A program made the translations under genes and the position numbers. The notes beneath the pieces were generated by a model, which was given only the letters and a program-made list of their open reading frames with translations, made no database searches and was not told the origin of the DNA. A stretch of DNA of 64,000 bases from the human T2T-CHM13v2.0 reference genome, Homo sapiens: the NCBI RefSeq assembly GCF_009914755.1, contig NC_060930.1. One strand, given 5' to 3'. This document shows positions 15,888 to 30,188 of this stretch, in pieces. The stretch's first letter is position 1. Every line of letters starts with the position of its first letter.

Positions 15888-17649
15888 AAATAGGTAATGG
15901 TCTTTTATACACCTACTCTTAACTTGTGCTTTTCACACTCTGCCCTGGAATGTAGTCCACAGGTACAGTCCTCAAAGAGTGTGATCAGACTTTATCTTTT
16001 CCATGAAAGTTTTCCCCATTTCTTGTGAGCAAGTTGATTGCTTCCTTCTTTGAATTTTCATTGGATTTTATTATTACTTTTATTATAGCACTTAAAATAA
16101 ATTGATGTATAGATAGTAGTGCATCTGTATTCTTCCTGTTAAATTTGAATTTCTTGAGATTTGAATTATGCATTAGTCATCTTTATATCCCCTGGCATTT
16201 GTATCTTGTTGGATAAATGAATGAATTAAAAAAAGAAGGAATGAAAGGGCAAACTGGAAGCAGGGTATTCGTTGAGTGATTATTTGAATAGTCAAGGTGG
16301 GAGCTAATAGAATTCAGCAATAAAGTAGTTATTGCAAAAGGAGAGGGAGAAAAATGGTAAAGAGGGAAAAGGAGATTATTTTTGAGGAAGTACTGGCAAA
16401 TAAAGTTGAATAAACAGAGTTGGTTGGTTTACTTTCTGGAGGACTTTGAAAGCCAAGCAGAGAAACATTTTGCCTTCCTGTGGTAGGACATTAGAAAATC
16501 ATGGCAGATTCTTGAGTAGAATATTGATTGTGGGAGAGGGATACTCGCTTTGGAGAGATGGCTAGGAAGCTCCTGCAAGAACGGGGCATGCATGATGGGG
16601 GATGTTGGGGGGCAAATGCTAGATTAAATTAAGCGGACAAGATATAATATCTCAGGAAAAGGAAGAAAAATTCAAAGTATGACCTCAGGCTTTCTGCCCT
16701 AGGAGATAAAGGATAACTGAGAAGGGGAGCTGGTTGGTCAAAAAGGATAACATGTTCAGCACTAGAAAATTTGAGTTTAAGAGATGACAAGGATAGTAAA
16801 GCAGAGGTGATAGGAATTTGGGCTGCACAAAGATAATTTGGGAGGTCATCCCCATGAGAATAGGGGTTACATGAGGAGGAAGAGAAGACAAAATAAGACA
16901 GAGTAGCAGTCAGAAGAATAGAAAAAAGATGTAAAGTAAGCTCTGTGATCATGGAAGAAAAGTCTAGCTCTTCTACTTACCAGCTGTACCACTTAACACC
17001 TCTCTGCTGCAGTTTCTGTATCATAAAAATGAGATAATAATAGTTCCAAATTCATTGATTGGGTTGTCATAAGGATTAAATAAGTTAACACATAAAAAGC
17101 ACTTACCTGGTAAGTGCCATGTCAATCTTAGCTAAGAGAATAGAGATTCTCCAATGTTTCAGGTCTATTGTACCCCCTTGCCCATTTTTCTGCACTTTTT
17201 GTTTTCTAGCCCTCAGTTAATGCCTAGAATAATGCTTGGCACATTATGACTTTCAAAAAATGGTGAATAACAAAAGAGGATGATGGATTAGAGTTATCAG
17301 TGGAGTAGGCAATTGTCAAACTCTCTTTTCCTAGAGTTGGCTTGAGTGGAAATACCATTGATGCAAAGCAAGCATAAAATGGTAGAAATAGGTACAAACC
17401 ATCAGTGACTGGCAGGAAAAGGAAAGAGGGATTACGGTAATGAAAAAAGAAAAGAGAGGCAAGGGATAGTTAAGCTCAAATATGAAATGTCTGGATACAC
17501 ATGATTATTACTCATGTTTAATTCCTAATCCAGACATTGAATTTTACATTATCTCCCTGTATCCTTTTATCAATTATAAAATGTGACAATTATTGGCTTT
17601 TTAGTCATATTATACTGTAGGAAATAATTGCTTTAAAATAACAATAACT

Positions 17650-17915
17650 TGGGAGGCTGAGGCAGCAGATCAGGAAGTCAGGAGTTTGAGACCAGTTTGG
17701 CCAATATAGTGAAACCCCGTCCCTACTAAAAATACAAAAAATTAGCTGGGTGTGGTGGTGTGTGCCTGTAATCCCAGCTACTCAGGAAGCTGAGGCAGGA
17801 GAATTGCATGAACCCTGGAGGCGGAGGTTGCAGTGAGCCAAGATTGTGCCATTAGACTCCAGCCCAGGCAACAATGCAAGACTCTGTCTCAAAAAATAAA
17901 AATAAATAAAATAAA
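17650..17915 (+). mobile_element. 5'-truncated Alu
   Basis: Begins at 'tgggaggctgagg'; TSD aacaataactt. Confidence 0.9.
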
Positions 17916-19055
17916 AACAATAACTTAGCAAATAGGTTTTGGATGCTTAATAGCACAATGAAAGAAATATGCTTAAACTGTCAGGGAAATAATTTTCTTT
18001 TGGTATCTATATCTATATATGTTCTTTATGGTTAACTGCTTACTATTCTTTAAACATTACCACATTTAATAATCTATTATATAGCTACCATATTTGAATT
18101 CAATTATAACCTCCTTAAGCCTTTTGGTATTTGCTTCCTCACAGCCTTTTTATTTAATTAAGTTCATACTTTTACTTTATTACCAATGGATACAGTACTG
18201 GGCTTCTTTTTATATACATCATTGAGACTAGGGTAGCTCTGATACATGAGCAGGAAATGGAAGAGAGCAGGGGATTGAGGCAAATACTGTAGTTTTCTAG
18301 TGACAATCAGAAATCATTAGGGACTCAAGTGGCATTAGCAATGGCTGCTTGAAGCACTGTAAGGTTATCTTATCAGGCACAGGGGCTTGTATCTCATATG
18401 TTAAGGATTGCTGCTGCTTTCTCTAACCAGAGTTGTAAGGAAAACTAGGCACACATGAAAGAAAGACATTAAATCAATATTTTTTTCCTCCAAGACTGAG
18501 GATAATTCAGAGTGAGAAAGTAAAAATTAGTTCAGAGTAAGACTGTAAATAGCTGCTTGGTCATTAATTGAGCTGGGATAACAAACCCAGGTAAACCCTG
18601 CTGCAAAGTTAATGGGAAATAACTAAGTATATGCTGACACTATAAAGTATAATAGCAAGGCCCTTCTTTGAGTGTTTGCTTTCTAATTCACTGAAAAACT
18701 TTGTTCTCTAAAATCATATACTCTAGGAAAACTTGCTGCTTGAAATTACATCAGTAAGAATGAAACACCCTACTTTTGCTTGGGGGGATCTACATCATTT
18801 TCATACAAAGAAGCAGCCTCAATTAAGGGGCTCCTGAATACAACATTCCACATCTATGGTAACTTTGTAGTTTTCAAGAAACAGGATCCTGAGACTGTTC
18901 TACAGTCCCTATTGGATACATATAGTCCTGCTTTGAGTTTATCAAACACTGCTTCCTTTAAATTTCACCTAATCCCATCCTTCCCTAAAATTCTATAAAT
19001 TTATCTTTTTTGTTTCCTGAGATACCTCTGGTGTTCAGTTTCCCTCATTGGAATG

Positions 19056-19461
19056 TGTTTTAGGTGGTTCTTGCAGTGCTATAAAGAAATACCTGAGCCT
19101 GAGTAATGCATAAGAAAATAGGTTTAATTGGCTCATGATTCTGCAGCCTGTACAGGAAACACAGTGCTGGCATATGCTTCTGGGTAGGCCTCAGGTAGCT
19201 TTTACTCATGGTGGAAGGCGAAGTGGGAGCAGGCACATCACATGGCCAGAGCAGGAGAGAGAGAGAAAGAGAGAGACTTTTAAAACACCAGATCACCTGT
19301 GAACTCAGAGCAAGAGCTCACTTATCACCAAGGCGATGGCCCAAGCCATTCTTGAGGGTTCTGTCCTCATGATCCAGAGCTCCCACCAGGCCCCACCTCC
19401 AACATTGAGGATTACAATTCAACATCAGATCTGGGCAGGGACAAATACCCACTTTATATCA
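19056..19461 (-). mobile_element. MaLR solo LTR (MST-like)
   Basis: 'gctataaagaaatacctgag...ggccccacctccaacattg...tatca'; TG..CA ends; gaatg/gaagg flanks. Confidence 0.85.
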
Positions 19462-19711
19462 GAAGGCATCAGTAAGCTCAACTTTGTCAGACTATAGTTT
19501 GGCAGATTTGTCCTGTTGGTATTGGGCTAACTGGGTTAGGACAAAGAGGCATGAAAATCTAGTTAAGTTTGATGCCAGTGAAGTATAATAGTCTTTTGAG
19601 GCAATGAAAATGTATAAGAAAAGTAGGATTCAACAGCATGATGTTATGTGAACCAGAAATGCCACAAAAATGGCTCAGCAGCATTTGACCCACCACTTTA
19701 ATTGGGATCTC

Positions 19712-19762
19712 TGTGTGTGTGTGTGTGTGTGCGTGTGCGTGTGTGTGCATGTGTGTGTGTGT
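19712..19762. repeat. (TG)n microsatellite, interrupted
   Basis: Direct reading. Confidence 0.95.
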
Positions 19763-19880
19763 AAAATGCGCTTCCTCACCAGAAGGAATGATAGTTCCTA
19801 GTTGATTCTACCACCTAGGACAGGAAAAAACAAAACCTCTTGTTGCCAGAAATTAAAACATGCTTCAAAAAGCTAGTGCA

Positions 19881-20047
19881 GGCCAGGTGTGGTGGTTCAC
19901 ACCTGTAATCCCAGAACTTTGGGGGGCTGAGGTGGGAGGATTGTTTTAGGTGGGGAGTTCGAGAACTAGCCTGGGCAACAAAGTGAGACGCCCCCACCCA
20001 CAATCTCTACAAGAAGAAAAAAAGACAAAAAAAAAAAAAAGTAAAAA
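19881..20047 (+). mobile_element. Alu monomer (FLAM/left-arm-like)
   Basis: Single arm plus A tail; TSD aaagctagtgca / acagctggtgca. Confidence 0.8.
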
Positions 20048-20820
20048 CAGCTGGTGCAGACTTGAAAACAGAGGCAGGCTTACAAGGGCCTTTTGGAACA
20101 AATTGAGCATTTAGAAATTATACTTAATTGATGTAAGCTGACACTATAATGATAGTCCAAAATGGGACAAGATAAACCATACAAAGCAGTAGCTGTAAAA
20201 CGAAGGACTATATGATATAATATTTTTAATTTTTAAAATTAATTTCACGTACATATATGAATATTGTTTAAATGTATGCATAAGTACATACACAGTAGAG
20301 AACTGAATAATTCTACTAGTGGAAACTGTATCAATTACAATAAGGGAAGATTAGCACCAGTGAGCACACTTACTACCAGGTAGAGGAAAAGTCCAACACT
20401 ATTGCAAAATGAGATTAATCAAATGTCTGCCTCTACAAAGTCAACTCTGGTCTCCTGGGAGCCCCTCCCAATATTAATATGATGCTAATAAGGCATGCAA
20501 AATGTTCCAACAATGTTAACAGACCAGATATATCTATATGTATATTTAACAAGACAATGGTATACAACCAACCCTCTAAAAGGACAATTTTGGGGAAAGA
20601 ACATGCTGCAGAAGGTGTGGGCTGCTGGGCAGCTCAGAATCTTGCATCCCTATTCCTGTAAGTGCTGAGGTATTTTCATATTATTTTAAACCAATCCACA
20701 TATCTTGAACATCATTTATTTCACCAATGAATTATTTCTAATATCAATTATGATAGCTAATTAACATCCCCTAGTGAAAGTGGAGATTATAGTGGTTAAA
20801 ATGCCTGTTGATATATCTAA

Positions 20821-21112
20821 TTTTTTTTGTTTTTTGAGACGAAGTCTCGCTGTGTCGCCCAGGCTGGAGTGCAGGGGCGCAATCTCGGCTCACTGCAATC
20901 TCCCGGGTTCAAGTGATTCTCCCGCTTCGGCCTCCTGAGTAGCTGGGATTACCGGTGCGCGCCACCACGCCCGGCTAATTTTTTGTATTTTTAGTAAAGA
21001 CGGGGTTTCGCCATATTGGCCAGGCTGGTCTCGAACTCCTGACCTTAGGTGATCCATCTGCCTCGACTTCCCAAAGTGCTGGGATTACAGGCGTGAGCCA
21101 CCACGCCCGGCC
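20821..21112 (-). mobile_element. Alu (AluS-like, CpG-rich) next to the promoter
   Basis: Reverse dimer; TSD gata(t/c)atct(a/g)attttt; many CpGs retained. Confidence 0.92.
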
Positions 21113-21419
21113 GATACATCTGATTTTTTAAAGGCCGTTTTGTTGTGCGAAGATCATTAGTTAGAATGCCTGGCTGGGTAAATACAACCGATGACTGCTG
21201 ACGATATGGAACAGGCACAAGACTTCTGAACGATATGTAGAATAAATTATAACTTATCTAGAACACAAGGTAACAGTGGAAGATAATGAGCCAGGTGGAA
21301 GTTACAAATGTTGCCGCAAGTAGTTTCTGTTACTTTACGAGTTCTGGGAGCTTCTCTAACAGCTTTGACAGGAGTGAATCCCCAAGGCTAAACCCAAATC
21401 CTTATTTGCCGCCTACTCA

Positions 21420-22260
21420 CGCCTTTGTGAGGACTACGATTCCCAGACGGCAACGCTCCCTTCACTCAACTTCCTTAGCCGGCGGGGAGACGCAGTTTAC
21501 AGAACTACCTCCCCAACCGAATTTCACACACCTGTCACCTAGGACGCGGCCGGGAAGGCCTCCCTTCGATCCGCGTTCTCCCCATTTTGGGGTGTAGCTT
21601 GGATTCCTGAGCCCAGTTTTAGTGCGTGGCCGACCGGGAGGCCGGCGAGGCGCTCTAGGCCGAGCGGCTTCGTCTCTATGACCACAAGGGGCGGTCCCCG
21701 GTGTCCTGCGCGGGGGCGCGGAGGGGGCGGGCGTCAGTTCCGCGCGGGGCTGTCGGGGAACCATGGCTGCCCCGAGAGGTGAGAACTGGGTCTGCTGGGA
21801 GTGGGGAGTCCGCGGGGGGCGGCGGCGGGCGAGCATCTGCGCTGGTCAGCCCCTGTCGGGCAGCGGAGCACCCTGGTTGCCCAGTGCCTCTGGGGCCTGG
21901 CTGAGGCGTCAGGAGTTTGCGTGGAGCCGCTCCCGGCAGTCAGGGCAGCCTGCCTTCCGCTGCGGCTGCAGTCTCCGCGGCTGACTCCGCGCTGGGCAGG
22001 TCGGAGTCAGAGACCGCACTGACCTCCACTAGCTGGGAGTGGGTGGGAACCGAATTCTGACAGGCCGGGGCTGCGGCGGACCCGGAGAGAGGCCAGGGCG
22101 TGGGTCCGGGGCTGGACCGCATTACCCAGCGAGGCAGGACAGTTCTTCACCCTGGCCCCGCGGCTCCGGTCTCCTCTGCGCCTCCTACCCTGTGGATGCT
22201 CAGAGGCTTAAAGGCAGGCTCCGGGCGCAGATCCCATGCGGCGGCTGGGCCATGCAATAA
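21420..22260 (+). promoter_or_regulatory. SLC35A1: CpG island / TATA-less promoter and exon 1 of SLC35A1
   Basis: Very high GC and CpG; GGGCGG boxes (~21688, ~21725); ACTACGATTCCCAGA (21433-21447); contains the start codon. Confidence 0.92.
21763..21778 (+). CDS. SLC35A1: CMP-sialic acid transporter exon 1 CDS (16 nt)
   Basis: Strong Kozak accATGG; MAAPR; donor G|gtgaga. Confidence 0.97.
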
Positions 22261-23819
22261 CCACTAAAGACATCACTGGGGCGTCAAAACAGCACTGAAA
22301 TCGTAACGAAAGGAAGATAACAGTCGTTAACAGTTCCCACCTGTATGCTGTGTGTAATTATAGAGAATGCTGTATGCTGCTATTTGGGGTGGAAGCTGAG
22401 ATCCACCTCCCTCCTCCTGAGGGATGGCACATTCGGGTGAAGGCGTATTTGTTGACTAATTGACATTTAAGGAGGGCGAGTCTAATTGACTCCGCACCAC
22501 TTTTTGCTGAGCAGTGTGTGTAAGTTGGGACCAGAGGTGGATTCTTTGACTGTGGTGCATTAACCAGGAGAAGTTGGGCAACACCCGGATTCTTGCTCCA
22601 CCCTTCCTCCATAGAGCACTTGGCTTCACCCTTGAATAAATATTGAACGAATACATAAGGAATATCTTCTTGCGTGGGTTTCAAGTTGTTTTCCCTGTTG
22701 CGGGGTCCATGTTTCTCATCAGGCCCTGCCCAGGGGCATTGTCTTTAGTTGCATATGCTTCTCTTATGTCTTCTTTCTGTTTCATTTCAAATAAGTCCAA
22801 TCTTAAAAGCCTTTTTTTGTAGCAACACAGGAAATAAAAGAAAAAGAAATAGAATTGTTTTGATAACTAAAATGGAATGGGGATAGCAAAATTGATCCGA
22901 ACGAAAACTTATAAATTACAGAAGTCAAATCATTACTTGAAATAGCTGCAACAATGTAAAGGTTTAGGCTTATTGCCAATACATATTTGTTGAGCCTTGA
23001 TTGTAATCCTAACAAAACTACAGTTTCCATAGTTTCCGAATATCCACAAAGGATTTATCTGGGACTTACAGAATTTCTAAGTTCTTAAGTATTACAAATA
23101 ATGTCCCCATAAACTATAGTAAAACATAACCGAAAAAAAACATTTTAAACTATAAGTTTCTTTTGGGGGACATTTCCACACAAACACTATATGGGAGCTA
23201 ATAGAATTTCGTGAGAAGCAGGGAACAATGCAGGGTTAAGATGTGGCTGCCAGTTGAGTTGTGGGCTAGCTTTATAGTTACTGGCATTGGGTGTGATTTG
23301 AATTATTTGCCCAATTTGAAGTGATTACATATGGACTTTTGCTGTTACCCTGAAATAATTGAAATTGCTAATAACTGAAGTTTTATACTGGAGAATTTGT
23401 GAATGGAGTGAACAAGAAATAGTTTGGTCTGATGTTAAACTGCCAGAGAAAATCGTACTTAAAAACATTTAGTATTTAAAAGTTGAAATACGTTTAAAAA
23501 CTGGTATTCCATGTCAAAGCCCAATCTGTTTTGCACATACCTAAACTTATTTGATTACCCTTCCACTTAGATCAGTAGTTATTTTCAAGAATATAATATA
23601 TATTCCCATATACTCACTATGCAAAAAGGTATTTTTTCAAGTTAATGACAATATTATAAGTCAGAATATGTTTGTAGGCTATCAATATTTGGTTTAGTGT
23701 TTAAATATTCACTTTGTTGTTTTTGGAATCAGGAACCTGTACAGTAGCTAAAATAAAGTACTTTTTAGTTTATCAGCCCTAACTTCTCTTATTTATGAAA
23801 GTGTTGATAATCTAGGACA

Positions 23820-24105
23820 TGAGATGGCAAACTTTTCCTGTGAAGGGCTGGATAGTCTCTTGTCATAACTACTCAGATCTGCTGTTGTAGGGAAAAAAAA
23901 GTAGCCTGGATAATTTAGAAACAAATGAGCATGGCTATGTTCTAATAAAACTATTCATGGACACTAGAATTTGAATTTCCTGCAATTTTCACATATCACA
24001 AGATGTTATTACATTTTTTATCAACCATTTAAAAATGTAAAACAATCGTGAGTTCACAGGCCTCATGTAAACTGGCGACATATATAGTTTGTTCACCCTT
24101 TATCT
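23820..24105. mobile_element. hAT-Charlie MITE (MER58-like)
   Basis: 'ggcaaacttttcctgtgaaggg...tagtttgttcacc'. Confidence 0.65.
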
Positions 24106-25187
24106 AGAAGATGGGAAGTGCCTTCTCTTCTACTGATTAAAGGTTATTGCTGTATATTTTTGAAGTCATATTTCTTCCCTTGTGTAGGAAAGTTTTAGAA
24201 CAAAGGAAGTATTATAGTGATCTCCTTCACTTCCTTTTATATAAACACTGATTTTTTGGCTCCTCAGATCTTTTGGAAAGAAAGTTTAAGCAGTTAAAAA
24301 CTATTTCTTCTGTTTTACTTTTTATTTAAAACCTGATATGGTTTTTAAAAATTGCCTACAATTCAGAAAATATTCTTTAATGCACTCGGGAAAATATTTA
24401 TATTGAAGAACCTGTTTCCTTGTAAGTTCCAACCATACTGTATCTAAAGATAATCTGTTTGAAACTCCTGTTTTATTTCCCTATGAAAACTATCTTTGAA
24501 TTGTGATTAGGCTCCCAAAGCAGTGAACAAAATCTTACTTAGCATATAATGTAGTTAAAGTAGCAGGCTGGAGTCACCTGGTGTCCTTCTGGTTCTTAAC
24601 CTGGAGTTGTCAAAGTATGGCTCTGGAAAGCCTAAAATATTTGTTTCTGGCCCTTTGCAGAAAAATTTGCTGATCCCTGTTTAACCTTGAGCCTAAAGAT
24701 TTGAATGGAGGTGAAGGGGAACTGGGGGACAATAGGTGGGAGGTGGGTGAGGAAAGTAGAAATAGTTTGATCTTGGGTGATGGCAGTACCCGAGCAGGTC
24801 TGGGAATAAGGAAGTATGAGGGAGACTTGGTACCCACTGCTTATGGTTTTACCAAAGGTCTTGGACAGGCTCTGGTGCCTGAGAGATGGCTGCTGCTCAG
24901 ATATACTTGCAGGCAATTCTTAAATTAAGTGTTTATATGTTTCCTGCATTTCTAGTTTTATAGAGGTGTGTTCTTAATATTCTTTTCCTGTGTTATGAAT
25001 TATTGTTTTGTATAATGCAATGAAATGAGTGGCTAGTTGTAAGTTCTTATTGTGAAAAAGTTTTATATTAAGCCCCACTCATTTCTCAATTATTATTTTC
25101 TTTCTGCTGCCTTTAAATCTAGAATATACATTGCTGCAGTTGGTTTCATGCTTTGCATCCACAAGTTTGTAATCATAAAAATATTTA

Positions 25188-25888
<701 letters not shown>

Positions 25889-25921
25889 TTATGCCTAATT
25901 GGCTGATGTTTAAAGTCAGCT

Positions 25922-25953
25922 GTGGTGTGTGTGTGTGTGTGTGTGTGTGTGTG
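25922..25953. repeat. (TG)n microsatellite ~170 bp upstream of SLC35A1 exon 2
   Basis: Direct reading. Confidence 0.95.
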
Positions 25954-26123
25954 CACGCTCATGTAATTGGCAAACATTGTTTTGAAAAAAATTTTTAAGC
26001 ATGAGTTTTAGAAAATATTTTGTGCTTGGAATTGGAAAGTATTTTTAGGCTATAACTAGTTTATTAACTTATATATACATATATTGTCTACTAAGTAATG
26101 TCTTTGTTGCACGTATTTTCCAG

Positions 26124-26301
26124 ACAATGTCACTTTATTATTCAAGTTATACTGCTTGGCAGTGATGACCCTGATGGCTGCAGTCTATACCATAGCTTTA
26201 AGATACACAAGGACATCAGACAAAGAACTCTACTTTTCAACCACAGCCGTGTGTATCACAGAAGTTATAAAGTTATTGCTAAGTGTGGGAATTTTAGCTA
26301 A
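26124..26301 (+). CDS. SLC35A1: SLC35A1 exon 2 (178 nt)
   Basis: ttttccag|ACAATG...GCTAA|gtgagt; DNVTLLFKLYCLAVMTLMAAVYTIALRYTRT...SVGILAK. Confidence 0.97.
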
Positions 26302-26402
26302 GTGAGTATAAATACTTATAGTGTGTTAAATTATTTTTCTACCTGGTGAGGGTATTTGTTAGAAAATTCAAGCTACATCTTTATATGTTTAATTGCTCTG
26401 GG

Positions 26403-26740
26403 TCAGTGTTTCTCAACTAGGGGTGATTTTGCCCCCCAGAAGATTTTTTAGTTGTCACAACTTGAGAGATGCTACTGGCATCTAGTGGGTGGAGACCAAG
26501 GATGCTGCTAAACATCCTGCAATCCCCATGACAGCCTCACAACAAAGATTTATTCAGCCCCAAATGTCAGTACTGCTGAGGTTGAAGAACGCTGCTGTAG
26601 AATAGAAGTTGGCAAACTATGTCTCATGGGCCAAATCCAGCTTGCTCCCTGGTTTTGGTGTAATGGAGACTGACTGGCTTGCAAAGCCTAAAATATTTAC
26701 TGTTTGGCCCTTACAGAAAACAATTATTGACTTGTGTTTT
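26403..26740. mobile_element. Adjacent hAT MITEs (MER20-like 26403-26596; MER58-like ~26603-26740)
   Basis: 'cagtgtttctcaac...ggcatctagtgggt...gaggttgaagaacgctg'; 'gttggcaaactat...gggccaaatccagc'. Confidence 0.7.
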
Positions 26741-27496
26741 GGATGAATATAATAATAATAACATTTCTTGAGTGTTTCCTATGTTAAGTGCTAGGCACTG
26801 TGCTATGTGTTTTTTGTGTTTTCTCATTTACTTCTTCCACATTTTCAAGGTAAGTACTTTACCCCGTTTTATTGACGCAGCATCTGAGGTTCCTTAAGAT
26901 TACACTGTTAATATGTGGCAGCACCGGGCTTTGAATCAAAAACATCATGCAAGAATTGTTTAGCTAAGGATGTGGTATAAGAGAGGGTTAAGAATTAGGG
27001 GCATTGGAGGAGATAGACCTAATTTTAATCCTAGACTGAGATTGTGGCTGCATACACACTTGTAACCTCTTTAAGCTTCAGTTTGTTCATTTTTTTAATT
27101 TGAGAAAATAATATGGGGTGCTGAAAATTAAATAAAATCTAATAGGTAAATTACCAGGGGAAAGATTTATGAGATGGGGACCTATAGGAGTCATTGGGGC
27201 AGTTAAGAAGTCATACAGGTTTCAAGATGTGTGTTGGTGAGTGAAGGGAAGCAGGGAGGAATAGTGTTGTGTGTAGGCTTTTATGTAGAAACAGACATTA
27301 CATTTAAATATTGAAATGTTACACGACATTGTGATTGCTTCAGCTTCAGCAATGTGTGATGAGACAGTTGATAATGCAACTGCAAGCATGGCTATCATTT
27401 TGGGAAAGATACCGAGTGAAAGTGTTGAAAATTGGTTCTAGATCTTGAAAAGGCTTATACTAATCCACTTGAAGTAGTTCGAATATGAAAAATATG

Positions 27497-27947
27497 TGTT
27501 ATAAATAAAGTTTCAGTGCCACACACAAAAAAACAGCACTCGAATACAAAATTTTCTTTTTTTCTTCTCAGCAAGGCAGTTTTCCTTCTATAGAAGGGTG
27601 TGCCCTCACAGATGGAGCAATGGTGAGCGCACACCTGGACAAGGGAGGAAAAGGGGACTTATTCCTTATGCACGTGGCCTCTATGGCTCTGTCGTTCCCC
27701 TATTGGCTAGGGTTAGACTGCACAGGCTAAACTAATTCCAGTTGGCTAATTTAAAGAGAGTGATGGGATGAGTGGTTTGGCGGGAAAAATGGTTATGGCA
27801 GAGCAGGAAATCGGAATGAGTCAGGGTGGAGAGGGTAATCAGAAAAGGTTGCTTTACGAGGAAGTTAAATTTAAAAGTAGAAGGCAAAGAATTGAACATA
27901 CTGACATACTGATTCTTTGAAGAGAAATTTAGAACTCATATCTAACA
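27497..27947 (-). mobile_element. 3' LTR (LTR10A/F-like, 451 bp)
   Basis: Minus strand starts TGTTAGATATGAGTTCTAAATTTCTC; adjacent PPT AAGAGGAGGGGAT (27948-27960); one TGAGTCA at 27817-27823. Confidence 0.9.
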
Positions 27948-28094
27948 ATCCCCTCCTCTTGCATTTTCCTTACACCTCTTTCTCTTCAAACTTCTTTAAC
28001 ATGCCTTGGCTTAGTTCTGCTCAATTTTCCGAAAGAAGAAGCTTCTCTGGATAAGGTGGAGGATAGTTAAGGGAGGTTTTAGTAAGTGCCATTT

Positions 28095-29430
28095 CTATGA
28101 GCACTTACTCTGCACCAACCCACAGATGCATGGTATGACACAGCACCCGACAAGAATAAGTACACCCATTACAGCTGTGAGGGAAGTAAGAATTGAGGCT
28201 GTTACTCCTTTCCATTTACCGAACCACTTTTCTAGCCATCCTGTAAAGGGGTCATTTACCCCTGAGCTGCTGGCTAACTCATTGGACAGAGCAGTCAGAC
28301 CTTGCAATGCCTTTGTTATACTTCCATTAGGGGCAGTGTTGTTTGGGATGAAGGCACAACATTCAGTTTTAATCATGATGTAAACTCCTCCTCTTTCTGC
28401 TAATATCATGTCTAAGGCTATCCTATTTTCCCAAGCCATCTGGCAGTTAGTCCCTAATTGCTCAGCTATTCCTTTAACAGCATCTCTAGTGTAGTTCATA
28501 AATTGCTGTTGGTTATAATAGATGTAGTTTATCCAATCTATGTTTTTATTAATTGTGACCCACCAAAATATTGACTCAAATCCTGCAGCTATTTGATTTC
28601 GGGCTTTAAATTGATCTGGTATTCCCCGTGGGACTCCAGTTGCATCTAAATAGACATGAGAGTTGAATGACCTATAAGGAGCTTCTCTCACTTTATGATG
28701 TCTTATTTTTCCTTCCTCTGGTTGATGAAATGCCAGAGTAAAAGGGATAGCCAATTGAACTAGAGCATAACTACTGCTCTAATTATTTGGCAGAGTGTCC
28801 AGTAAAGGTCCTCCATAATACCACCATACATCCGCTCAGGGATGAATAAGGGCAGATTGACGGGTCACCTCTTGGAAGTGCCTAACTTCACTGCATCCTG
28901 TTAAGTCTCCAAGAAATGCCAAATTTTTCCCCGTGTCGTTAGAGACACGAGGTAAAATTGGTTTTGGAAGATGGAGGCTGGATGGCCCTTGGGGGCTGAC
29001 CTGCAGGGTGTTGGACTTCAGGAAATAGCAGAGAAAGAGCTTAGCACAATTTGTTATTCCAGGCAGTAGAATCTTGAAAAAGCTACCATGCACTCCATGT
29101 CCACTTGATTTGAGGACCATCCCAGTGGAAAGGTAACAACCTGGGCCTCTAGCCTACCGTGCACACAAGTGTAACAGTTACTTTTGTTTAAAGTGTGAAT
29201 GGAATATTTAATACATTTTAACCAGGCATTTACATCTTTATACCCTGTCAATAGCTATGGTTTGCCTTAGGTCTCCTATTTCTACTACTGAGACCTTGCT
29301 TTTGTCATTTGGCATGAGGCGAGGCATAGTTTTATTTCGTAGGTTTGTGAAAGGGGCAGTTGTAGGAGGTAGAGCAGGGAGAACAAAGCGCATCTTAAAG
29401 AAGCCTATAGGGTCCTTTCCAGTGACTTCT
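28095..29430 (-). pseudogene. ERV env remnant; SU frameshifted, TM-containing frame open for 219 codons (28095-28754)
   Basis: Basic cleavage region RHHKVR; immunosuppressive-domain-like ENRIALDMILAERGGV; YIMIKTECC (CX6CC with first C lost); hydrophobic anchor ILTSLTAVMGVLILVGCCVI. Confidence 0.88.
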
Positions 29431-29599
29431 GCTCCTAAACCATAGAAACGCTCTAAAGTGGGGTTAGAGTTGCTAGTGGTAGGAACGGTAATGGATATAG
29501 GCACTGTGTTAGGAAAGGAAGGAAAAGATAGATAGACTAAGCTTTTCTTAGCTTTAATTTGGTAAGGCTTGATCCAGGAACAATGGTCCATGATTCTGA

Positions 29600-29890
29600 T
29601 GGTAATGGTGCTTGCTTGACTCGGGTGTGATGTGTCCATCCCCCTTCTGTGGTACAAACCATAGTCTTGGTGGTTAGCAGCACAAGGTAGGGTCCTTCTC
29701 AGGCTGGCTTGAGTTTTCCTTCTTTCTACCCTTTGATGAGGGTGTGATCCCCAGGCTAGTGCCCGTTTACCAGAAATTCTAGGGGTGGTACCTGTGCTAA
29801 AAGACTTGTAGTTTTGAGGGAAAGGAAAGTGGAAGATAAACCAAGTATATAATTTATGAGAAACTGATCTTTTGTTTTAAATTTGGGGAC
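29600..29890 (-). pseudogene. ERV pol integrase C-terminal remnant
   Basis: Minus-strand translation EGPYLVLLTTKT...GWTHHTRVK (GPY/F motif). Confidence 0.8.
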
Positions 29891-29894
29891 ACCA

Positions 29895-30188
<294 letters not shown>

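Noticed and set aside
21286-22260. Overlapping unspliced ORFs on both strands at the CpG island
   Set aside because: Expected from stop-codon scarcity in GC-rich DNA, mostly non-ATG starts; only the spliced uATG frame was kept as a lead.
27504-27509. Sense-strand AATAAA in the 3' LTR as an intronic poly(A) site
   Set aside because: AATAAA is frequent in this AT-rich intron and nothing independently supports use of this copy.
28095-28754. Syncytin-like captured fusogenic env gene
   Set aside because: SU is frameshifted, there is no ATG or signal peptide in this frame, and CX6CC is disrupted.
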